A DNA stretch of 59,393 nt, counting the filler, from Sphacelaria rigidula (lineage: Eukaryota): assembly GCA_964200075.2 (NCBI GenBank). It is 7 parts of 7 records of this genome, joined end to end, with 100 filler letters (N's around TTAATTAATTAA, not from the genome) between each part and the next. Parts side by side here need not be neighbours in the genome. Positions count along the whole stretch, not along the records: positions 50,996 to 59,393 come from CAXNAA020011280.1; 6 more parts are not named here. One strand, 5' to 3'. The translations under genes and the position numbers were made by a program. The notes under the pieces were generated by a model. That model ran no database searches, was not told where the DNA came from, and saw nothing but the letters and a program-made list of their open reading frames with translations. Positions 51,772-59,393 of this stretch are shown one piece after another. Position 1 is the stretch's first letter. Each line of letters opens with the position of its first letter.

Positions 51772-53277
51772 GTACATGGTCATGGACGCTTGTAATCTAG
51801 GCTTAACTTCCGACACGTTCGCCGGTGTTGTGGATAAGGGAACGCTGGATGCAACCATCACCAGGGGGGGCAACACGGCCCGGCGGATATGCAAAGAGGC
51901 CATGCGCGTTCTCAAGCCTGGCGGAGTTTTTTTGGTGATCAGCAACGCGCCAGCCGGCATTCTCCTGGACGCTCTTGTTGACATGTGCGGAAGGGAAGCC
52001 TCGTGCGACACACCGCTCCCGGTGCCCATGGGCAAAAGTACCCACGTCGTGTACGCGTACACCGTGGTCAAAGACGGAGGCGGGAACGGGTGTGCTGGCG
52101 ATGCGGCGATGACTGCGATGGCAGCAGTCGAAGACGACGACGATGATGAAGATCGGCCGTCGAGGGCATCGGCGCCGACGCCGGCGCCTGCTCGGGTGCC
52201 AGCGTGGATGCTGACTTCTGCTTCGCCGGGCGGCGTGGACATGGACAGCGGCGGCAGCCTGGTGCGGCGACGGAGTTCGGCAGAGGAGGAAGAACGAGAA
52301 GGCTCTTTCCTAGAAGTCTCTGCCGGTGGGGAGGCATTTGAGATCGGGCAGCATGTGCCCACTGTGTTCGCGGGCGGCAACAATGGTGCCCGAGAGCTAT
52401 CGGAGCTGATTGAGTCGTTCGAGAAAGAAAATTCGGGGAGAGTGGGAACGAGGAGCGGGTTGCCCTCTGGCTACCCCAATTGCAGTCTCAACGGTAATTC
52501 CAGCGGCCGGAATGGTTCCGGTTCTGTCGGTGGCAATGATGGTGGTTCGGACTCGAGCTCAACGTCGTCCCCTAGGGCCATGGACATCACGGAGGACGTG
52601 TTTTTGCACCCCGAAGAACGGGTGAAACGCAACGGAGAGAGCTTTCAAGCTGAACTGGCGGCCCTGCTGCAGGAGTGCAGCTTGAATATGGATGAAGAAG
52701 AGAAGGAGAAAGAGAGGGAAAAGAGTGGTGATCGTCCGGACCACATTCGATCGCTTATCCTGCAAGCGCAGGAAGTAGACAGAGAGAAGGCGGCCGCCGC
52801 CGTGGCAGCTGCCCGCGTGAAGAACTTTGAAGACACTTTGAAAGCGTATGAGGACCATAGCGGTCGTGAAGCGAAGGAATTATCAGGGTTGATTGAGACG
52901 AAGCAAGGCCAAGATGCTGCACGAGGCGGACCCACGGCCCCCGTTCCTACTGCTGTTGTCGCTGCCGCTGATCCTGCTGCTGCTACTGTGCCAAGCTGCA
53001 AGATTCAAGCAAATCGAGATTCAACCGATTCGTTGCCGTGGGGCGTTAACATTTCCCAGTACGAGGAAGATTCAACGTTTTCGACAGTGAGCATTGATAC
53101 GGGCGCGGAGCTCAAGGCGTCGCACCTGTCAATCGAGTTCGCGCCGACTCGATTGAAGGTGGTAAAGGGCCCCCCGGGTGGAGATCGGCCAACTTTGTTA
53201 GATTTGGAGCTGACCGGCAGGATTATTGTTGCTGACTCCATATGGTCTATCGAGGACAAAACGGTACTTACTCTGAG
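51772..53277 (+). CDS. 5'-partial multidomain gene, exon A: C-terminal half of a class I SAM methyltransferase (EEF1AKMT4/METTL13-like), low-complexity linker, start of a CS domain
   Basis: Acceptor ccatcag|. YMVMDACNL...FAGVVDKGTLDA...EAMRVLKPGGVFLVIS contains the DKGTLDA motif. The C-terminus ...LLDLELTGRIIVADSIWSIEDKTVLTL is CS/p23-like. Donor AG|GTGAG is phase 2. SAM-binding motif I is not on this contig. Confidence 0.85.
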
Positions 53278-53754
53278 GTGAGAGTGTTTGAAGCTGAGGA
53301 AGGTGGGGATTGCGATGGTGTTGTAAGAGAAGCACGCTCTCTGTCTCCGTCGTTTTGCGATGACTGTTGTTTTACTGTTCGGCCTCTTGTATTTGTTTAG
53401 TTCTTTTTACAAGGAGGAGGAGATTCCGCTGTGGTGTCGGTCCTCCGTCACAATTGGCATGTCTAGTCTGAGCTGCGCAAGATCGCTTCTGGAGGATGAC
53501 TACTAGGTCGGACATGGTGTTGATCGTCCTGATGCACTGCGTACGGAAAATCCCTTCCTGCGAAAGACACATTGTTTGAGGTGTTACATCGTGTACCATT
53601 TCACAGTATCCTAGAGCGCATCTGTCGATCAGTTTCGAGCCCTAGCTCGGCCATCATGACATTGTGTGGACGACTTACATCTTTATGCTCTTGCCCTTCG
53701 CTCTCAACCCTTTGGATATTCCGAAAAAATTGCATGTTGTCTCTTGCTTGTCAG

Positions 53755-53950
53755 CCTGTGCAAGCGCGACAAAGGGAAATGGCTGAGCGCTTTTAAGCGC
53801 GACGAGCAGCTCCCGAAGGTGCCATCCCTAAGCCCAGCTGACGAAGACGCGCATGCCCACCCTGAGCTCTCGCCAACGACGATTCCTCCAGCTCATGAGT
53901 CGTCGCCGGGGATGTCACCGTCTTCACACCGTAGTGTGGAGGCGCCGAAG
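53755..53950 (+). CDS. Multidomain gene, exon B: end of the CS domain and a Pro/Ser-rich linker
   Basis: Acceptor ttgtcag| completes the Ser codon. SLCKRDKGKWLSAF finishes the CS-domain LxLxK...W pattern. Donor AAG|GTGAG is phase 0. Confidence 0.8.
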
Positions 53951-54467
53951 GTGAGCAGAGCGGCCGTGAAGCTACCTCGATCCTTAAGTCCTCGGCAGGC
54001 GTTGAGATCGTGGGTTGTCTTGTTGTTTGCCATGCGTTTGCCTATTGTTGCTGTGAAGATACCATGCGAGTTTTATTGGTCCCAATTCGAGTGGTGCACA
54101 CTCTTGACCGGCCCTTTACTCATCTTCCTCAGTTCAGCTTGTTTATTCTGGGCTCGTTCGCGTGTTTTTCAGTTATCCCTGTACATGGCCAGGCACGTTT
54201 AGGACTATTGGGCGCACTCATGACACCCCGAGAGCCTCTAGGTGCAACGAAGCCTTCTTTCTGACGTGTTGTTTGCGGCGCTCTACATTAGTCGGAACAA
54301 TGTCAAACAGTCAGTGCTGCGGCAACCTCTCTAACTAGCCGCCAGCCGACACATTGATAGCTTGATCAACCATCGTCGCTTTACTGATAATAACCTAGCC
54401 CCCTCCCTAACCGCTTCCCTCGAAAAATGCACTGCTCCCGTACGCCCACTACCGTCGCCCTGTGCAG

Positions 54468-56213
54468 CACTTTCTTGTCGAGCAGCAAGACGGGATCAAA
54501 TTCTTCCAGTTACACGTGTCCAAGCCAGCTGGGCGGGAAGTGACGCAGGCGAGCGCTTGTCGTTGCGGTCCGGAGATGATTCAGGTGCGCTTCGCGTGCC
54601 GAGGAGAAGGACAAGCGAAGGTCACGGTGGCACCACGCGGCGAACACTCCAGCAGGGGCGACGGGGCAAGCTGCGAGAAGACGAGCGGAACACCGAACCA
54701 GACCAGTTTCGTTCAGCATGCACAGCTCGGGAGAGACGACTTCGCGCCCGACAAAGCCGCTTTCAGTTTTACGACGGAGGGGGAGATGTTCGTCGCGCGG
54801 ATACCGTTCGGGCGCTATGCATCCGGCGTCAGCGGTAGCAGCAGCAGCAGCAGCAACTTTGGAGGCAGCGGTCTTGCGACGGTTATTGGGGAAGGGGGGA
54901 ACGCGGGAGTCTGCTACGGCGGCGAGAATGATGGAGATGATGACGTGTTAAGGGTGGCGCGTCTGCGATGCCGATTTTGCGAGCATCATTTCACGGCCGC
55001 CGCCACCGAGGCTGGCGGGAAGAAGGGCTTGGCGATGCGCACACTACCGTCGGGGCGGTGGGACGATTGCATTGAGGACATGATTTGCTTCCCTGGCCCC
55101 ACTGCGGTGCCCATGCTTGCGAGGGATGTCACGTTCGCTCGTCCGGGGTTTTGCCTGGTTGGGCAGGCCGAGGTACTGGTGCATATAGATGACCTCGTAG
55201 ATGGAGCATTGGTGGAGGTGAACGCCCAGGAAGTGCGGGGAGGAAAAGAAGTGCGGGAAGGAATGCATACAGCAGAGGGCGACAGGCGTGCCGACAGCTC
55301 TGCTGGGTGTAATGATGGTCTCCACGGCGGTGACGGTAGTGAGAACGAGCGTTGCCTCCAGTGCGCGCGTTGTGAGTTTACGCTCGGCCGCGTAGCCACT
55401 TTGAAGGATGGACCGCAACGGGACGGTGAGGGCAACAGCAACGGGCAAGGGATGCTGCTTTTGAAGCACTGTATCCTGGGTGACGATGCGAGCAAGATGC
55501 CATGCACCCCTGGAGGATTTTTCGACGAAAAAAGCAACCACGGGAAGGATAAATCACTCGAGGACAAGCGCAGCGATGGCGGTGGTGGCGGCATTGTTGT
55601 CGCGCCCTCGAATGACGGAAAGGCGGTGGGAGAAAAGACGAAACCTGTATTTGCGGGGGTGACTTCGGTGCACTTTCTCATGGCAGAGATCGAGCACGCC
55701 CGTGCGGTGGACCGCCACAGCCGCTTCGTTGTCACGGTCAGCAGTCGCGTGCGCATCCCGTCCTCCGCGTGTCTCGGCTTACTTGTCTTCGCGGACCATA
55801 CCCGCGTGTCACTGGACGGCGGGTGCAAACCTCGCCGGGCCCTGCGCGTTGCCTTCCGCGAGCAAACCCTCGGGCAAGCGGAGGAGGAAGACCTTGAACA
55901 AGAGAAGTTGGCAGAAGCTCACCACCACGACAGGGCGGGCGATGCGACGGCAGCCGCCACCGCCACTCCCCCTGTCTCCGCCTCGGTTGCCAACGGACAA
56001 AGAAACAATTCGGCTGTGTTTGAGGCGAGAGGAGGCGACGGCGGTGAAGAGCTAGTGGCAAGAACACCCGCTTGCGTACTGGAGGTGTCGCACAACGAGT
56101 ACGAATCGGTGAAACAGAGACTCGTCGAGGCGTCGTGGGCATCGTCTAGAACTGTTGACCATGCCTACGCTAAGCTTGATGGTCGTGGATATCGGTTCAG
56201 CTACCTTTTTTGA
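54468..56213 (+). CDS. Multidomain gene, terminal exon C: UBE3D (HECT_2 family)-like E3 ubiquitin ligase region
   Basis: Acceptor tgtgcag|, phase 0. LRCRFC...MRTLPSGRWDDCIEDMIC...CLQCARCEFTLG...LLKHCI matches the CxxC / LPSxxW / CxxC-xxxLG pattern of UBE3D. TGA at 56211-56213. Confidence 0.75.
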   Translation, partial: HFLVEQQDGIKFFQLHVSKPAGREVTQASACRCGPEMIQVRFACRGEGQAKVTVAPRGEHSSRGDGASCEKTSGTPNQTSFVQHAQLGRDDFAPDKAAFSFTTEGEMFVARIPFGRYASGVSGSSSSSSNFGGSGLATVIGEGGNAGVCYGGENDGDDDVLRVARLRCRFCEHHFTAAATEAGGKKGLAMRTLPSGRWDDCIEDMICFPGPTAVPMLARDVTFARPGFCLVGQAEVLVHIDDLVDGALVEVNAQEVRGGKEVREGMHTAEGDRRADSSAGCNDGLHGGDGSENERCLQCARCEFTLGRVATLKDGPQRDGEGNSNGQGMLLLKHCILGDDASKMPCTPGGFFDEKSNHGKDKSLEDKRSDGGGGGIVVAPSNDGKAVGEKTKPVFAGVTSVHFLMAEIEHARAVDRHSRFVVTVSSRVRIPSSACLGLLVFADHTRVSLDGGCKPRRALRVAFREQTLGQAEEEDLEQEKLAEAHHHDRAGDATAAATATPPVSASVANGQRNNSAVFEARGGDGGEELVARTPACVLEVSHNEYESVKQRLVEASWASSRTVDHAYAKLDGRGYRFSYLF

Positions 56214-57302
56214 AAACGGGTTCCTTATGCTCTGTTAATGTTGACATCCTGGCCGCGGCTGACATTTGTTCGTAGCACGTGGAGTTGGGTGATCGGGTGT
56301 GTTTTTGTTTACCTGTTTGTTCTGGTACTGTACGCGGTAATATTGCCCGGACCTGTTCCTTCATGTATACATGCATCGTGCGTGCCGCATGTATAACCTA
56401 GCCGTTGCCGTGGAGGTGAGTGATGGTGTGTGTGTGTTCGTGTGTTCGCGCGTGTGTATATATTTCCGGCTTTACTCGTCGTGTGTACGCAGTGGTAAAA
56501 GCTATTCCACGTACATCATGACCTGTACTGTTTCCTACTGTTCGTTGCTGACAAAAATTACGAGGAGCATGATGAACTTTTTTTAAATGTTGCCTCCGGG
56601 GAGTATTAGTAGAAACTGTCTGCTAAATCAAGTCATCCGGGGGCTACGGGCGTGAAATTGGAAGATGGTGATCCACCAAAATCGCTGCAAGTGAGTGGTA
56701 GCTGGAAACCAGGTCGGCAATGTTTGCACATCGAATGCCAGGACGGGCCACTTGGCTCAAGTTCATGTTGCAGAGAGTTGAAGATTGAATATAATCCGCC
56801 CTTCCATCTATGGTGGAGCTACGCGTCTTCATGTAGAACACGTTGGGAGCAAATGACTCCGTGCAGACGGCACCAGAGTGTACGAGGCTCCAAAATCAGT
56901 ATCGAGGAGTGTGTTGTTTCAAGGCAGATCACAAGTGTCCACTGCTTACCAGATGATGCACTCATTGCTGTTGTAGGCGGGCAAAGTCAGTTTACTAGTA
57001 GCGGCGGTATAATGGCGTGTAGAAGATATTCGTGGCCCATTGTGGCTCCCTGAGAGTCATCGTTACAGGTACTCAGCAGCTATCGTTCGTTTTCTGTGCT
57101 GTTCGATGATAAACTGTAGAAGTAGTTTTAGTGATGTTTCGTGTGGCACAGGAATACGTTCTTGTAAAGAAAGTTAGCGAGCGGGTCGCAAGGTTATTTG
57201 GTTGCGCCATTATTGTAACATTTTGAACTTGAAGAACAGGGTCACTTTCCCCATTTATGCTCGTTTGCCATGCCGGTTCCCTCTCTTTTTCGTTTACAAA
57301 CA

Positions 57303-58511
57303 CTCCCTCTGGGCAGATTTATAAGCAAGGTTCGGACCAAAAGCGGTCTAACTCGGGCATATGAAGGTCTTTTTCCGAATCGTTTTTTTTGTTTTTGGAC
57401 TGCCGCTGCGGAACGCACAGAACCGCTGTCTTTTAGAGGTCGCACCGAAAAATTTCATCAGGCCGTTTCTTCCGGTTCGTATTTTGTTTGGCTCGTATTT
57501 TCCACTTCTAGGACATTTGACAAGGTTTTTGACCCCCAAACAGGGACAATCGCCACCACACATCTTGGACACTTTGTGTCACCCCACCGAGAGGAGCCTA
57601 GCCCACTTTTCCGCTTGGGTCAGAGATTTCGAGAGCGGCCTCTGGACAAAAATGTGAGGAAAACATATATTGCACAGTCTGTAGGTATTACTGTAGGCCT
57701 GAAACACCTACAGACTGTGCAATATATATTTTCCTCGTATTTTTGTCCAGAGGCCGCTCTCGAAATCTCTGACCCAAGCGAATCGGAAAAGTGGGCTAGG
57801 CTCCTCTCGGTGGGGTGACACAAAGTGTCCGAGATGTGTGGTGGCGATTGTCCCTGTTTGGGGGTCAAAAACCTTGTCAAATGTCCTAGAAGTGGAAAAT
57901 ACGAGTCAAACAAAATACGAACCGGAAGAAACGGCCTCACACCCCAGCAGAAGTTGATCAAAATCACCACCCCAACTTTGGACCACCGCCCAAAAGCCTT
58001 CCCATCTGCTGGTAAGACATGTCTGCTGCTGAGAACGCCTCTCCGGGGCAAAAACGCAAGAGTTTGGATGATCCAGAGAGAGAAGAAGTAATTCGGTACC
58101 TATTGACGCGCAGCGTCGATGGGGTTCTGAAGCGTGGTCTACGGTGCCCCAAACCGGGGATGATAATGAAATATCCCCCCCTTTTCGAGAGGGGACTCTT
58201 TATTTTTTTGCATCAAATGTCGTGCCCCTGACATACGGGGTATTCCGGGTTGTGAAACCTGTGACGGGGCTTGTTTATCCGTCGCTGGGTGCAAAAAAGC
58301 TGGATCTCCACCGAAATGACCGACCAGGGGTTTTACGCACAATCCCCCCCCCCCAACCTCATCGATTTTTTTTTCCAATGTGGTACCTGATAATATACGA
58401 ACGTTGTCCGATGGTCCACAGTGCCCAGACGACCCGTTTTGGGCCACATCATGCCAACCTTGCTTATATTCCGTTTTTCCGAACCTTGCTTATAAATCCG
58501 CGCAGAGGGAG
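57303..58511 (+). mobile_element. Internally deleted plant-type (DD39D) mariner element with Stowaway-like termini
   Basis: CTCCCTCTGGGCAGATTTATAAGCAAGGTTCGGA ... TCCGAACCTTGCTTATAAATCCGCGCAGAGGGAG|TA. ORF 58019 MSAAENASPGQKRKSLDDPEREEVIRYLLTRSVDGVLKRG resembles the N-terminus of plant and oomycete mariner transposases. Confidence 0.75.
57461..57936. mobile_element. 476 bp near-perfect fold-back MITE (PIF/Harbinger-like) nested in the mariner
   Basis: TCA|GGCCGTTTCTTCCGGTTCG ... CGAACCGGAAGAAACGGCC|TCA, with arms of ~225 bp around a ~21 nt loop. A diverged relative lies at ~26120-26340. Confidence 0.88.
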
Positions 58512-59393
58512 TATTGATATTTCCATGGCGTTGCTGCTTGCTTCCATCTCCAGATTTGGGAATAGCCACTCCCAAAAATTGGCACGGCGGCTTTTTTCAT
58601 CCAGTTTTTCTAGGCATGCACAGCCCTAATAGTGCAGACAGCACGGTTTCTCTGCGTGTGAGCTGTTCGTGGGGGGTTATCATCACGATATTGGGCGCTT
58701 ACGCTGCTGAGATGCCACCGTGTGACTGATGGGATGTGGAATGTAGGGCATGGGCCCGGAGCCGTTTAGCATGAAGCTATCTATTTTCATTTTTGATCAG
58801 GCAGAAAGTAAAAAACGCACGGACAGCTTCCAAAAGTACAATCTTCAACCCTTTGACCGCCATGCAGCATGGTTCTTGTATTCATTTCAAAAGAAAAACG
58901 ATGCCCGTTCAAGACATGCATGCCCCACCCTGCAAGAAAAACTATGCCCATTCAGCATATTACCCGCCCCGGCGGTCGGAGGCTCTCAAGAGCTATCCTT
59001 GGAGTACTTTGTGCTTACTATGGAGGTTGAGCGTTTCGTGCCCATTTTCTTCAAGGAGTATTTTATTGTGACTTGGAAAAGATACGTTTGGTCATCATCG
59101 TGTGAGACTATACAAAAAACGGGATTGACGGGTAAGCGAAGTACATTTTTTTGGCATATTATGGCATATTGTCTATCCAGTTTTTCTGGGACTTTCACTC
59201 ACCTATTATTTGTATACGAAGTTGTTGTCGCTCATCATTTCACTCGTCCAGATCTTCGTGCTGCTTGTAAACAACAATGTTTGCGTGAGATTGAGAGTAT
59301 AGAGGATACGATTGAGAGTGAGAGCAATGCCACGGTAGGGGTGCATTTTTTTCGCGAAATTTTGTCTGGTTCAGGGGCTCCTACCGATTATAG

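Noticed and set aside
51715-56142. Antisense ORFs such as 51715-52383 and 54986-55828
   Set aside because: These are shadows of the plus-strand coding exons, with no independent motifs.

Overview
Eukaryotic, repeat-rich nuclear DNA, most likely from a brown alga (Phaeophyceae), judged from a typical Lhcf/FCP gene and its intron style. The window is not contiguous. It is seven contigs of about 8.4 kb (8400, 8400, 8399, 8399, 8399, 8398, 8398 bp), sorted by length and joined by N44-TTAATTAATTAA-N44 linkers, so nothing can be inferred across the gaps. Supported genes: (1) a complete two-exon fucoxanthin-chlorophyll a/c binding protein gene with a 4.0 kb transposon-laden intron; (2) the 3' three exons of a gene that appears to fuse an EEF1AKMT4/METTL13-like methyltransferase, a CS (p23/NudC-like) domain and a UBE3D/HECT_2-like E3 ligase; (3) two exons of an APH-1-like gamma-secretase subunit joined by a GC-AG intron; (4) weaker exon candidates of a divergent minus-strand gene. 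The rest is mostly transposons: Stowaway-like MITEs and a deleted DD39D-type mariner, pogo-like, piggyBac-like and Harbinger-like elements, tRNA-derived SINEs, LINE remnants and a repeat family carrying TTAGGG motifs. Several insertions are nested, and some have directly visible empty sites. No CRISPR, rRNA or intact tRNA gene is seen. The best novelty candidate is the three-domain fusion gene. All family assignments come from motif recognition by eye, not database searches.
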